DNA of 54,303 nucleotides from an uncultured Gammaproteobacteria bacterium (GCA_964453605.1 CAYVOI010000002.1:1-54303), one strand, 5' to 3'; positions 35,669 to 45,491 are shown, counted from the first letter of the stretch. Numbers and translations: made by a program. The notes: generated by a model from the sequence alone, not told the origin.

Positions 35669-35706
35669 TTTGAAACGCGACCAAGGTTCCAAGTGGAACC
35701 AAGGAC

Positions 35707-36330
35707 TTACTGCCCAAGCGTCCAAGGCTTGCGGACGGCGGCAAACCACCAGCTGACACCCCAGGCGCGATCATCCCGGCCGACGCGGAGGTCGCGCCTG
35801 CCGCCGTGCTCGTCGAGGCAGACAGAATGATAACGACCTTTCTTGTCTTTCCACGTGGTGGCGTACGGCTTCTTCCGCTGCAGGTTAGGCATTTGGGCTC
35901 CGAGGGCGAGCGTGGCTCGCGGGTCGAATAGCAGGTCGGGGTGCTTAGCCATAACAACAGCATCAAGCTCCTGCTGGGTGAGGTAACGGCCCTCTTGAAA
36001 AAGAACTATCTCGACTGTTTGGGTGCCACTACCGCGGCGGGTGACTTCCGAATCGTCGTCGTCGATGTATTTCCAGTCAGGGTTCACGGCCTTGACTAGT
36101 TCATCGAGCGACAGGTCATAGTTGACCGTCACGACGTAGGTGTTGGTGAGCTGGCCAATCACGGCATCGATCTGCGGATTGACTGCGTCTTGCAGCACAC
36201 CCCCGTTCTTGACGAGCTCTTGAGCGACGGCTCGAGGCAGGGAACGAAACTTCTTGTCGAACAAGCCTTTCAGATGGCCAATCTGGTCATCAGTGGCTAA
36301 TTCGATGGTCGACGTGTTCTGGGTAGACAT
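35707..36330 (-). CDS. Hypothetical 207-aa protein ending ...GRYHSVCLDEHGGRRDLRVGRDDRAWGVSWWFAAVRK...
   Basis: Clean ORF with a GGAGATACGACG ATG context and a strong terminator. No named family recognised. Confidence 0.65.
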   Translation of the reverse strand: MSTQNTSTIELATDDQIGHLKGLFDKKFRSLPRAVAQELVKNGGVLQDAVNPQIDAVIGQLTNTYVVTVNYDLSLDELVKAVNPDWKYIDDDDSEVTRRGSGTQTVEIVLFQEGRYLTQQELDAVVMAKHPDLLFDPRATLALGAQMPNLQRKKPYATTWKDKKGRYHSVCLDEHGGRRDLRVGRDDRAWGVSWWFAAVRKPWTLGQ

Positions 36331-36433
36331 CGTCGTATCTCCTTATTTTGTTTGTATTGTCCCGTGGACATAACCACGGGCGTTTGTTAAGATGTCGCCG
36401 TACGTACAGGTACGGTAACAAAGTAGTATACAC

Positions 36434-37420
36434 CTAAACCGCGGATTTGTCAATAGGTTCCACGAGCCAACCAGCGGGGCCTTCCACTAAACGACCAGCT
36501 ACAGTGAAACCAGCGGCTTTCTTGTGTCCCCCACCACCAAACGTTTTAGCCATGGCCGCTACGTCGACATCGTCTCGCGTAGTACGGAGAGAACCCTTGA
36601 CCGTGCCATCAGCCTGCTCCTTAAGCACCAGCACCGCGCGGTAGCCCTCGAGCTCAGTTAGAAAATTTGCTACACCCTCCAAAGACTCAGCCGTACCACC
36701 AAGCTCCTTAAGGTCAGCTTGGGTTATAGCCGTACTGACCAAACCCTGCTCTGGGTCTTCTTGCAACCGCTCCAAAGCTCGACCCCACAGCTTGAGCTCG
36801 GTTAGGGTTTTATTGTGGGCTACCTTCTGGAGAACCTCGGACACCAAGGCGCCTTTGAGCAAGAGCCGAGCAGCGGTAGCGAGGGCGGCCTCGTTAGTGG
36901 CAGCGTTCACGAATAAGCCAGTGTCGGTAAGGAGCCCCGTGAGGAGACAGGTGGCGACCTTTTGGTCGATGGGGTAGTGGGCGTGCTCAAACCACTGGTA
37001 GAGCATGGCGCAGGTGGCGGGCGCCGAACGGTCCACCAAATTTAGGTCGCCGTAGTCAGAGTTGGTAAGGTGGTGGTCGAAGTTAACTGTAGTAAGCCCT
37101 TGTGGGCGCGCATCCCAGCGGTCCGCCAGGCCGGTCATGTGCGGTTCGCCAGCATCAACACACAACAGTAAATCGTAACCATCAAAATCCACCAACCTTG
37201 GGTCGGTGACTATGGCCTCCGTACCCGGGAGGAACGAGAACGTTTTAGGGACTGGAGCAGGTAAACACGGCAGTACCTCTTTACCCTGGGCCTCGAGCAC
37301 CAAACGACACGCGGTCACCGCGCCCGTGGCATCACCACAGTTAGCGTGACTTACCACAATAATGCGCTGGCTCTTTTTGACGAGCTCAGTCAGCTGTTTA
37401 AAATTGGCTGGTGGTACCAT
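36434..37420 (-). CDS. nrnA: DHH/DHHA1 phosphoesterase (NrnA-like oligoribonuclease/pAp phosphatase)
   Basis: DHH (FDHHLTN), TDTG and GGGHKKAAG motifs are present. Confidence 0.82.
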   Translation of the reverse strand: MVPPANFKQLTELVKKSQRIIVVSHANCGDATGAVTACRLVLEAQGKEVLPCLPAPVPKTFSFLPGTEAIVTDPRLVDFDGYDLLLCVDAGEPHMTGLADRWDARPQGLTTVNFDHHLTNSDYGDLNLVDRSAPATCAMLYQWFEHAHYPIDQKVATCLLTGLLTDTGLFVNAATNEAALATAARLLLKGALVSEVLQKVAHNKTLTELKLWGRALERLQEDPEQGLVSTAITQADLKELGGTAESLEGVANFLTELEGYRAVLVLKEQADGTVKGSLRTTRDDVDVAAMAKTFGGGGHKKAAGFTVAGRLVEGPAGWLVEPIDKSAV

Positions 37421-37462
37421 AGGTAAGCGGTAGGGTTCGCTCTGGAACCACGTAGCTTACCC

Positions 37463-37840
37463 CTACTGCTTAAGTCTGTCAAGCAGGTGCTCTATGCGAC
37501 CGGCGCGCTCAGGCGTTTCGTCTAAGGTAAGCACCAGTTTAGGCACATGGAACATGGTCAAGGTAGTGTTGAGGTGATGCTGCAGGGAGGGCAACATGCC
37601 CGTGAGCAGCGCTAGCACCTCACTCGCCCGTACAAACGGCAGCACGCTCACCTTAACGTGGGCTTCTTTGTAGTCAGGTAGTACTTTCACACGGGTAATA
37701 GTGGCCAGGACCCCGGGCGGCAACTCAACTTCGCGAGCTAGCAGCTGGCCAAGCTCAGCTTGGAGCACGCTGGCAAGCTGCTCCAAGCGCCTGGTGCCTG
37801 CCGTGGCTTTAGGTGACGACGCGGTTGCGGATTTCTTCAT
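37463..37840 (-). CDS. rbfA: Ribosome-binding factor A
   Basis: RR...L..VLQ.ELG.LL... and the ITRVKVLPDYKEAHVKVSVL pattern. It is downstream of infB and overlaps the infB 3' end by 32 nt. Confidence 0.82.
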   Translation of the reverse strand: MKKSATASSPKATAGTRRLEQLASVLQAELGQLLAREVELPPGVLATITRVKVLPDYKEAHVKVSVLPFVRASEVLALLTGMLPSLQHHLNTTLTMFHVPKLVLTLDETPERAGRIEHLLDRLKQ

Positions 37841-39800
37841 GGTATACCTCGAGCGTATCGCCAATCTCCACCACCGGGTCACCCTGGAACTTTAGGCCGC
37901 ACTCACCACCTTCAGCTACCTCGCCCACTACCTCTTTCCCGAGACGTACTTCGATGAGCTTACCCTCCACCACAACCTGGCCACCCCGCAGAGCCCGCAC
38001 CACGGTGCTACCGCGGACCACACCACGCACTACCTTGGCGCCAACTATCATGTCGCGCTTGCCGCGACGGAACACCTGCACCACCCGCACTTCACCAAGC
38101 TGACTCCGCACGAGCTCGGGCTTAAGGAGTGTAGTGAGCTGCTTCTTCACCTCATCTAGTAAATCGTAAATGACTTTGTAGGTGCCCACGACCACACCCT
38201 TGGCCTTGGCCAACATCTCAGCCTGGGGCTGCAGCGGCACGTTAAAGCCAAGGAGTACGGCGTGGCTGGCCTCGGCCTGGAGCACGTCGTGCTCCGTTAT
38301 GGTGCCTAAGCCCGTGCGCACCACCTTTACCCCTACACCGTCTTTGGTGAGCGACGCGAGCGAGGCTACAATCGCTTCTCTGGACCCCAGCACGTCAGAC
38401 TTCAGCATGAGGTTCAGCTGGGCTGCTACCGGCGTCTGGTTTTCAGACTCGCTCTCGCTTTGAATTTTCGGCAGTTCTACGCTCCGCTGGAACTTAGGCG
38501 CTTTCCTCAAAACTTCTCTGACTTCGCCTTCATCGGAAGCGACCCTAAAAACCTCACCAGCGCGAGGAGCCTGCTTTAATCCTAGAATACGCACGGGGGT
38601 AGAGGGTGTGGCGGCCTTAAGCGTGACGCCCGTGTAGTCACGCATAGCCCTCACCTTACCAGCCACGCTGCCTACCACGAGGTAGTCACCAACGTTCAAG
38701 GTCCCTGCTTGAACCAGGGCCGTAGCTACTGGCCCCTCGCCTTTATCGACGTGTGCTTCCACAATAGTCCCCACCGCTAAACGGTTAGGGTTAGCCTGCA
38801 GCTTCTCGATGTCAGCAAGCAAGAGCACCATGTCGAGGAGTTCAGGAATGCCCTTCTTGGCCTTAGCCGAAATGGGTACACAAATAGTTTTACCGCCCCA
38901 GTCCTCAGGCAACAGGTTGAGCTCAGCCAAAGCTTTTTTCACTCGCTCGATGTCTGCAGTTTCCTTGTCTACCTTATTTATAGCAATGAGAAAGGGGAGC
39001 TTCTCGCGCTGGGCAATTTCTATAGCCTCTAGAGTCTGCGGTTGCAGACCGTCGTCAGCGGCGACTACGATAATAGCAATGTCGGCAACTCTACCGCCGC
39101 GGGAACGCATGGCGGAAAAGGCCTCGTGGCCTGGCGTGTCGAGGAAGGTCAGGGTGCGGCCCTTTTCGGTAACCTGGTACGCGCCGATGTGCTGCGTAAT
39201 AGCACCACTCTCGCCAGCAGCCACGTTAGTTGAGCGAATAGCGTCGAGCAAGGTGGTCTTGCCATGGTCCACATGACCCATAACCACCACCACTGGCGGA
39301 CGTGGCTTGAGCATACTGGTGTCGGACTCTGCTAAGAGCCCGGTTAGAGTAGTGGCTTCTTTCTCTTCAGCTACCTCCTCGTTCGAGGTGGCGGCGGAGG
39401 TGGCAAAGCCCAGGTCCTGGGCGATGATGGACGCAGTTTCAAAATCAATGCGCTCGTTAATGGAAGCCATGATGCCGTTCTTGAAGAGCTCCCCCACCAC
39501 CGTAGCCACCGGCAATCCAAGAAGTGCTGCAAACTCGCGTGGGGTGAGCGTCGGCGGCAGTGCCACGCTACGCTGAGCGGCCGGCTGTGCTGTACCATCG
39601 CCCAGGCGCTTTTCCACGATCGCGTACTGGCTGGCCTTAAGTTTCTTCTGGCGCTCTGCCCAGGCTTGGGTAACCTTCTCAGCCACCACGTCGTCTATTT
39701 TTATAGCTCGCCGGCCAATATCAAAACCTAAGCGCGGGAGTTCTTCCTTGAGCTGCTGGGTGGGGATCTTTAACTTTCTGGCAAGTTCGGTAATGTTCAT
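37809..39800 (-). CDS. infB: Translation initiation factor IF-2
   Basis: G-domain VVVMGHVDHGKTTLLD, DTPGHEAF and NKVD motifs; 663 aa. Confidence 0.96.
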   Translation of the reverse strand: MNITELARKLKIPTQQLKEELPRLGFDIGRRAIKIDDVVAEKVTQAWAERQKKLKASQYAIVEKRLGDGTAQPAAQRSVALPPTLTPREFAALLGLPVATVVGELFKNGIMASINERIDFETASIIAQDLGFATSAATSNEEVAEEKEATTLTGLLAESDTSMLKPRPPVVVVMGHVDHGKTTLLDAIRSTNVAAGESGAITQHIGAYQVTEKGRTLTFLDTPGHEAFSAMRSRGGRVADIAIIVVAADDGLQPQTLEAIEIAQREKLPFLIAINKVDKETADIERVKKALAELNLLPEDWGGKTICVPISAKAKKGIPELLDMVLLLADIEKLQANPNRLAVGTIVEAHVDKGEGPVATALVQAGTLNVGDYLVVGSVAGKVRAMRDYTGVTLKAATPSTPVRILGLKQAPRAGEVFRVASDEGEVREVLRKAPKFQRSVELPKIQSESESENQTPVAAQLNLMLKSDVLGSREAIVASLASLTKDGVGVKVVRTGLGTITEHDVLQAEASHAVLLGFNVPLQPQAEMLAKAKGVVVGTYKVIYDLLDEVKKQLTTLLKPELVRSQLGEVRVVQVFRRGKRDMIVGAKVVRGVVRGSTVVRALRGGQVVVEGKLIEVRLGKEVVGEVAEGGECGLKFQGDPVVEIGDTLEVYHEEIRNRVVT

Positions 39801-39920
39801 GCTGTTCTCTCAAGTTTAGCCTTAAAACTAAGCAAAAGCCCTGTAAAGACTTGTTCTAGTTTACGCTTCCTTGACGTTTCCGTCAACCGCTGGTATAGTA
39901 TAAGGTCACCTCAACCAGCC

Positions 39921-41105
39921 TTGACACCTAAGCTGCCCCAGGCTAAGGTGATTCGATTACCTATGGCACTAACCCCTTCAGAACAAGCTAAAGCCTTGAT
40001 TGTAAAGGCTAAACGAGTCCTCATCACCTTCCCCCCGGGGCACGGTGGCGACGCCGTGGCCTCGGGCTTGGGGCTAGCACGGACCTTGGGTAAGCTTGGC
40101 AAGCACGCGGATATCATTTCCCCAGGGTTTGCGCTACCTGGCAGCCTTCGCTTTCTCCTGGGCGCTAAAGACATAAAAACTGAGGCCAGGGGCCTCCGGA
40201 AGTTTATTGTTTCTGTTGGCATAGAGCGCACGGGGCTTACCGACCTAAGCTACAGTGTCGACCACGACAAGCTCCACGTTTACCTCACACCCCAACGCGG
40301 CGCGCTCACGAGCTCTGACCTTACCACCCAAAACGCGGACTTTGCCTACGACCTTATTGTGGCCGTTGATACACCGGACCTTAAAACGTTAGGTGAGCTA
40401 TTCGCCAGCAACACCGAGTTCTTCTACCAAACTACCATCCTGAACCTGGACCACGCGACCGCCAACGAGCACTTTGGCCAGGTGAATTTGGTAGACTTCA
40501 ACGTACCATCTACTGCCGAAGTGGTCTTCCGTTTGATCAAAGAGGTGGCACCTGAAACGATTGACGCCGATATAGCTACCTGCTTCTTTGCCGGGTTAAC
40601 CAGCGCCACTAAGAGTTTCACCAGCGCCCTGGTTACACCTGACACGCTGGCACGTGCAGCTGAGCTGGTCTCTCTAGGTGCTCGGCGCGACGAAGTGGTG
40701 GGGCACCTCTACCGCACCAAACAACTTACCACCTTAAAGCTCTGGGGGAGGGTGCTGGCGCGGCTAAAGAGTGACTCCAGCCGTAAGCTCGTCTGGTCAC
40801 AGCTTGTACCAGATGACTTCACCAAGGCAGGAGCCGGGGAACACGAGCTCCCAGGTGTTATTGATGAGCTCATCACTACTGCGCCTGAGGCAGGCTCGGT
40901 CGTGCTACTCTACGAACTGAACGCAGGAACTACCGTGGCTATTCTGTCAGCTGGACAAGGTCGGCATGCACTGGAACTCATGAAGCCATTTGACCCAACC
41001 GGCGACCGACACCGTGCCAAGGTGGTACTCATAGGTAAAGCTGTACTCGAGGCTGAGAAGCTCATTATTGAGCACCTCAAGAATGCCATACCAGCACTTG
41101 AGTAG
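39921..41105 (+). CDS. DHH-family paralog with degenerate catalytic motifs
   Basis: Same overall layout as NrnA, but it reads DHA instead of DHH, TSAT instead of TDTG, and GDRHRAKV instead of GGGH..AAG. The start is uncertain (TTG 39921 or ATG 39963). Confidence 0.7.
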   Translation: MTPKLPQAKVIRLPMALTPSEQAKALIVKAKRVLITFPPGHGGDAVASGLGLARTLGKLGKHADIISPGFALPGSLRFLLGAKDIKTEARGLRKFIVSVGIERTGLTDLSYSVDHDKLHVYLTPQRGALTSSDLTTQNADFAYDLIVAVDTPDLKTLGELFASNTEFFYQTTILNLDHATANEHFGQVNLVDFNVPSTAEVVFRLIKEVAPETIDADIATCFFAGLTSATKSFTSALVTPDTLARAAELVSLGARRDEVVGHLYRTKQLTTLKLWGRVLARLKSDSSRKLVWSQLVPDDFTKAGAGEHELPGVIDELITTAPEAGSVVLLYELNAGTTVAILSAGQGRHALELMKPFDPTGDRHRAKVVLIGKAVLEAEKLIIEHLKNAIPALE

Positions 41106-41161
41106 CCTGCCAGGTGGTGATAGAATGGCAGGGCTACACGGAGGTATGGACGGCGGGTTTG

Positions 41162-41236
41162 GGGCGAGTAGCTCAACGGTAGAGCAGCCGTCTTATATAC
41201 GGCCGGTTCATGGTTCGAATCCATGCTCGCCCACCA
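41162..41236 (+). tRNA. tRNA-Ile, anticodon UAU, CCA encoded
   Basis: Hand-folded cloverleaf: GGGCGAG/CTCGCCC acceptor, anticodon arm GCCGT-CTTATAT-ACGGC, and a TTCGAAT T-loop. Confidence 0.88.
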
Positions 41237-41237
41237 G

Positions 41238-41314
41238 GGGTGTATAGCTCAGTTGGTTAGAGCGTCACATTGACATTGTGAAGGTCCGTGGTTCGAGTCC
41301 ACGTACACCCACCA
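41238..41314 (+). tRNA. tRNA-Val, anticodon GAC, CCA encoded
   Basis: GGGTGTA/TACACCC acceptor, anticodon arm TCACA-TTGACAT-TGTGA, and a TTCGAGT T-loop. Confidence 0.9.
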
Positions 41315-41365
41315 TTAGATAAGCAAACCCTGTCCTAGGGGCGGGGTTTTTGTTATGGTGATGGT

Positions 41366-42853
41366 ATGAAACCTGAGCTCCGCAAAATGCTCCCCGAGGC
41401 CCTTCTTAAGCTAACTCAGGGCCTAACCCAAGACCTCACTGGCAGTGAGGTCTACTTGGTTGGTGGGGCGGTGCGCGACCTACTGCTCGGGCGCGAAACC
41501 AAAGACTACGACCTGGTGGTGAGGGGTGTTGAGGCTAAAAAACTTGAACAGTGGCTGGCAAAGAGCGGCACAGTTTCCCTGGTTGGTAAAACCTTTGGCG
41601 TGTTTAAGTGGCAGCCTGAGAGCTGGGCCGGCGAGGTAATTGATGTGGCACTCCCAAGGACTGAGCACGTAGTCCAAGGCACGGGCCAGTACCGGGATTT
41701 TGAGGTACAGAGCGACACTACACTCTCAATAGAAGTCGACCTCTCACGACGCGACTTTACCATAAACGCGCTGGCACTAAACCTTGCTTCAGGCGAACTC
41801 GTTGACCCGTACAACGGGCGAGTTGACCTGGAACAAAAGGCTATTCGTACGGTAGGAAAACCGGAAGCGAGGTTCACTGAAGACCTGTCGCGCACCTTGC
41901 GCGCGCTTCGCTTCGCCTGCCAGCTGGGCTTTACTATTGAGGAACAAACGTGGGCGGTGCTCAAAGCCAAGGCCGAACGCACAGCCTTAGGCAAACACAG
42001 CGACGACTTTCTGGTGCCCCGTGAAGTCATGGCGCGCGAACTACTAAAAGCACTGGTTAGTAACCCTAAACGAGCGCTCGAGCTCTTGGATGAGAGTGGC
42101 TTCCTACCACACCTATTGCCCGAGGTGGTAGCTATGAAAGGTTGTCCGCAGCCACCTCAGTTCCATAGTGAGGGCGATGTATTCCAACACACCAAGCTCG
42201 CGCTTGCCGCACTGGCATCACCTAGCTGGCAAGAGTTCTTCGGCAGTGCGAAACCATCACTCAACACTGTAGTCGCTACCTTACTGCACGACATCGGCAA
42301 ACCCCTCACCCTCAAGACTCCCGAACGTGATGGCGTAGACCGCATTCGCACCAACGACCACGACACGGCTGGCGCAAACTTAGTGCCTAAAGTGTGTGAA
42401 CGGCTAAAACTTTCAAGCTACGTCGACCCTGAACGCGGACAGGTAGAGCCTGAGGTAGTAACCTGGCTGGTGCAGCACCACCTCATTTTGGTACACGGTA
42501 AACCCGAAGCCCTAAAACCTTCCACTATTTACCGCTACTTCCTCAAAGATGCACCTCGCGGATTAGCGCTGCAGCAGCTCATTTTTGCCGATGCCTCTGC
42601 CAGCTGGCCAGAACAGGGTAAACCGAGCGCGGAACTGCTAGAACGCCTGCGCGCTCGTTTACCAGAGATAGAGGCTAAGCTTACCACCGGCAAGCTCCAG
42701 CTTCTCATGTCAGGTGATGATATAATGAAAGCTTTTAGCCTTTCCCCCGGGCCCAAGGTAGGCGAACTCCTGCAAGCGCTCGAGGAGGCACAGCTCGAGG
42801 GCACGGTGAAAACAGCCGAGCAGGCTAAAGACTTTCTACACACTAAGCTATGA
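41366..42853 (+). CDS. cca: CCA-adding tRNA nucleotidyltransferase with an HD domain
   Basis: GGAVRDLLLGRETKDYDLV head motif, RDFTINA, and a C-terminal HD (LLHDIGKP). Confidence 0.85.
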   Translation: MKPELRKMLPEALLKLTQGLTQDLTGSEVYLVGGAVRDLLLGRETKDYDLVVRGVEAKKLEQWLAKSGTVSLVGKTFGVFKWQPESWAGEVIDVALPRTEHVVQGTGQYRDFEVQSDTTLSIEVDLSRRDFTINALALNLASGELVDPYNGRVDLEQKAIRTVGKPEARFTEDLSRTLRALRFACQLGFTIEEQTWAVLKAKAERTALGKHSDDFLVPREVMARELLKALVSNPKRALELLDESGFLPHLLPEVVAMKGCPQPPQFHSEGDVFQHTKLALAALASPSWQEFFGSAKPSLNTVVATLLHDIGKPLTLKTPERDGVDRIRTNDHDTAGANLVPKVCERLKLSSYVDPERGQVEPEVVTWLVQHHLILVHGKPEALKPSTIYRYFLKDAPRGLALQQLIFADASASWPEQGKPSAELLERLRARLPEIEAKLTTGKLQLLMSGDDIMKAFSLSPGPKVGELLQALEEAQLEGTVKTAEQAKDFLHTKL

Positions 42854-43776
42854 AGCAAGACTTTCCTGTTCCTGAGCTCACGGGCCCCACCCGCCTCGAC
42901 AAATTTCTGGTCCAAAAACTAACTCGTTTGTCGCGTAGCTTTATCCAGCACGCTATTAAAGCTGGCAAGGTGCTCCTTAACGGGAAACGAGTTCCAGTAC
43001 ACCACTTCCTAAAACCTGGCGAGGTGGTAACAGTGGACGTAGCTGAGCCTGAAACACCACACGCACTAACTCCAGCGCCCGAAGTCGCTTGGAAGTTAAT
43101 TGCAGAAACGCCTGACTACCTAGTGGTGGAAAAACCGGCTGGCGTAGTCGTGCACCCCGCCGCTGGCGTACACGAGCCAACCTTGGTAGAAGGGTTACTC
43201 GCCAAGTACCCAGAGCTCGCAGGTGTGGGTGACGACCCAACCCGGCCGGGGCTGGTCCACCGATTAGACCGCGATGTCTCAGGCCTCATGGTAGTAGCGC
43301 GCACTCCTGAAATGTTCCAGTGCTTGAAAGAACAATTCCAAACCCGAACCATTACCAAGCAATACCTAGCGCTGGTGGTTGGTCGGGTAACACAAGAGGA
43401 GGGCACCATCAACTTCCCCCTCGCCCGCTCCAGGAGCAAACATGGTAAAATGGCAGCTAGGCCAGAGAGCTCAGGTGATACACATGAAGCTATTACTCAC
43501 TACGAGGTGGTGCAGCATTTTCAACAAGCTACGCTCCTCCAGGTGACCTTAGAAACCGGGCGTACCCACCAAATACGTGCTCACCTGAACGCGCTTGGGT
43601 ACCCCCTAGTAGGTGACCCCCTCTACCACCCCAAGCACCTAAACTTCAGAGCTACCCCCGGCCGACTCTTCCTCCATGCAGCGAAGCTCGCTTTCAATGA
43701 CCTCACAGGCGAGCATCAAGTATTCGAAAGCCAGCTCCCCCCAGAGCTCAACGAATTCCTTGCTAAGTTGAGGTAA
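42850..43776 (+). CDS. rluD: RluA/RluD-family 23S rRNA pseudouridine synthase
   Basis: N-terminal S4 domain, HRLDRDVSGLMVVA catalytic motif and THQIRAH. The ATGA start/stop overlaps cca. Confidence 0.88.
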   Translation: MKQDFPVPELTGPTRLDKFLVQKLTRLSRSFIQHAIKAGKVLLNGKRVPVHHFLKPGEVVTVDVAEPETPHALTPAPEVAWKLIAETPDYLVVEKPAGVVVHPAAGVHEPTLVEGLLAKYPELAGVGDDPTRPGLVHRLDRDVSGLMVVARTPEMFQCLKEQFQTRTITKQYLALVVGRVTQEEGTINFPLARSRSKHGKMAARPESSGDTHEAITHYEVVQHFQQATLLQVTLETGRTHQIRAHLNALGYPLVGDPLYHPKHLNFRATPGRLFLHAAKLAFNDLTGEHQVFESQLPPELNEFLAKLR

Positions 43777-43780
43777 ACGT

Positions 43781-44347
43781 ATGATCGTAACTATCTCCGG
43801 CACACCAGGCAGCGGCAAGAGCACCCTCGCTCGCGCCTTAGCGCACAAGCTCAACTACACGTACCTATACATGGGTGGCCTGAGACGCGAGATAGCGCGG
43901 AGGCATAACTTAACCTTGGCTGAACTTAATACGGTTGGTGAAACCGAAGCGTGGACCGACCGAGAAGCCGACGACTACCTTCGCGCTGAGGTAGCCAAAC
44001 AACCAAACAGTGTGGTTGATAGCCGTACAGCGTTCTATTTCTTTCCCCATTCTTTCAAAATATTTGTCACGGTAGCGCCTGAAGTTGGCGCGCAACGTAT
44101 TTGGGGCGCGCTCCAAAAAAACTCAAGGAAGCGGAACGAAGCGGCGGCCCTCCACTCGGTTGAGGACGTAGTACGGGCGAACCAAGAACGCATGGCCTCT
44201 GATAGGCTTCGCTACCACAAGTACTATGGTATAGAGAATGGCATGGACTATAAACACTACGACCTCGTACTCGACACTACCAACCTAAACCCAACTGAAG
44301 CCCTAGACGCGCTCTGGCAGCAGGTAGCTCCACACCTCGTCACCTAA
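43781..44347 (+). CDS. cmk: P-loop nucleotide kinase, cytidylate kinase type 2-like
   Basis: MIVTISGTPGSGKST Walker A; 188 aa. The family is assigned from N-terminal and length resemblance only. Confidence 0.65.
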   Translation: MIVTISGTPGSGKSTLARALAHKLNYTYLYMGGLRREIARRHNLTLAELNTVGETEAWTDREADDYLRAEVAKQPNSVVDSRTAFYFFPHSFKIFVTVAPEVGAQRIWGALQKNSRKRNEAAALHSVEDVVRANQERMASDRLRYHKYYGIENGMDYKHYDLVLDTTNLNPTEALDALWQQVAPHLVT

Positions 44348-44352
44348 CCTCT

Positions 44353-45075
44353 ATGATCAGCCTCATCATTCCCACCTTGAACGAAGCCCGGGGCCTACCA
44401 CGTCTCCTGTCGAGCTTTCCGCCACACCTCAGGTCTCGCTTCGACCTTGAAGTGGTGGTCTCTGACGGCGGCAGCACCGACCAAACCCTCGAGGTGGCCA
44501 AACAGTTTGGTGCTCGTATCGTACAGCACACTGCTGATACACCGCAGACTATCGCTGAGGCCAGAAACTTGGGAGCCACCAGAGCGCGGGGCGAGGTGCT
44601 AATCTTCATGGACGCCGATTCAACTATCTCTGAACCCGAACACTTCCTACAGCGAGTGCAGGAAACTATGCGCTCCCCCAAAATTGTGGCGGCCACGGTG
44701 CGCATAGAAATCGCACCCGAGCTCCGCACCCTCACTGACCGTTTCTGGCTCATGGTTTTCAACCTCACGTTCCGGTGGTCAAATGCCTTGGGCCTGGGTA
44801 CGGGCCGTGGCAACTGCCAAATTGTGCGCCGTCGGGCGTTTACCAAGGTCAGCGGCTATAACGAAAACCTAGTAGCGGGCGAGGACTTCGACCTGTTCCA
44901 CCGCCTGGGGCGGTTAGGGCACATCGCCTTTCTCTGGGACGTGGTGGTCTACGAGTCACCGCGGAGGTTCCGGCACCTAGGCTACGTACGCACCTCGGCC
45001 CTCTGGTTTATAAACTTCCTCAGTGTTCTCCTTACTAAACACTCATGGTCTAAACGCTGGCAGCGGGTAAACTAG
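44353..45075 (+). CDS. Family 2 glycosyltransferase
   Basis: ISLIIPTLNE...VVVSDGGSTD...FMDAD (DXD) pattern. Confidence 0.8.
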   Translation: MISLIIPTLNEARGLPRLLSSFPPHLRSRFDLEVVVSDGGSTDQTLEVAKQFGARIVQHTADTPQTIAEARNLGATRARGEVLIFMDADSTISEPEHFLQRVQETMRSPKIVAATVRIEIAPELRTLTDRFWLMVFNLTFRWSNALGLGTGRGNCQIVRRRAFTKVSGYNENLVAGEDFDLFHRLGRLGHIAFLWDVVVYESPRRFRHLGYVRTSALWFINFLSVLLTKHSWSKRWQRVN

Positions 45076-45149
45076 GCAAGCCTTGACGTATGCAACAAAA
45101 ACCGCTATCCTAAGTAAGCCTTAGAACCTAAGATTTCTCCCTATTTCGT

Positions 45150-45491
45150 ATGACTACCGAAGCTTCAACCACCCGTTTTGATAACATTCAACCCGGCCAG
45201 CTGGTACGAGTGCACCAGCGCATTAAGGAGCAAAACAGCAAGGGTGAGGACAAAGAGCGTATCCAAATTTTTGAAGGTACCGTACTCTCCCGTCATGGTG
45301 GTAGGGGTACAAACGCCACCATCACGGTACGTAAAGTTTCCGACGGCATTGGCGTGGAACGCATCTTCCCCCTTGAACTCCCCACCCTCAGCGAGATTGA
45401 AGTGGTAAAAACCTTCAAGACCAACCGCGCTAAACTCTACCACCTCAAGGGCTACCAAAAGAAGCTCAAAGAGGTGGTGGCCAAAGCTTAA
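45150..45491 (+). CDS. rplS: 50S ribosomal protein L19
   Basis: G..V.V........ER.Q.FEG.V......G...T.TVRK.S.G.GVER.FPL canonical bL19. Confidence 0.93.
   Translation: MTTEASTTRFDNIQPGQLVRVHQRIKEQNSKGEDKERIQIFEGTVLSRHGGRGTNATITVRKVSDGIGVERIFPLELPTLSEIEVVKTFKTNRAKLYHLKGYQKKLKEVVAKA

Noticed and set aside
35555-35966. ORFs 35555..35749 (-) and 35583..35966 (-) overlapping the clpP promoter, the terminator and the 207-aa gene
   Set aside because: They run through a strong terminator hairpin and an alternative frame of a better-supported gene. Their composition is Pro/Arg/Ser-rich.
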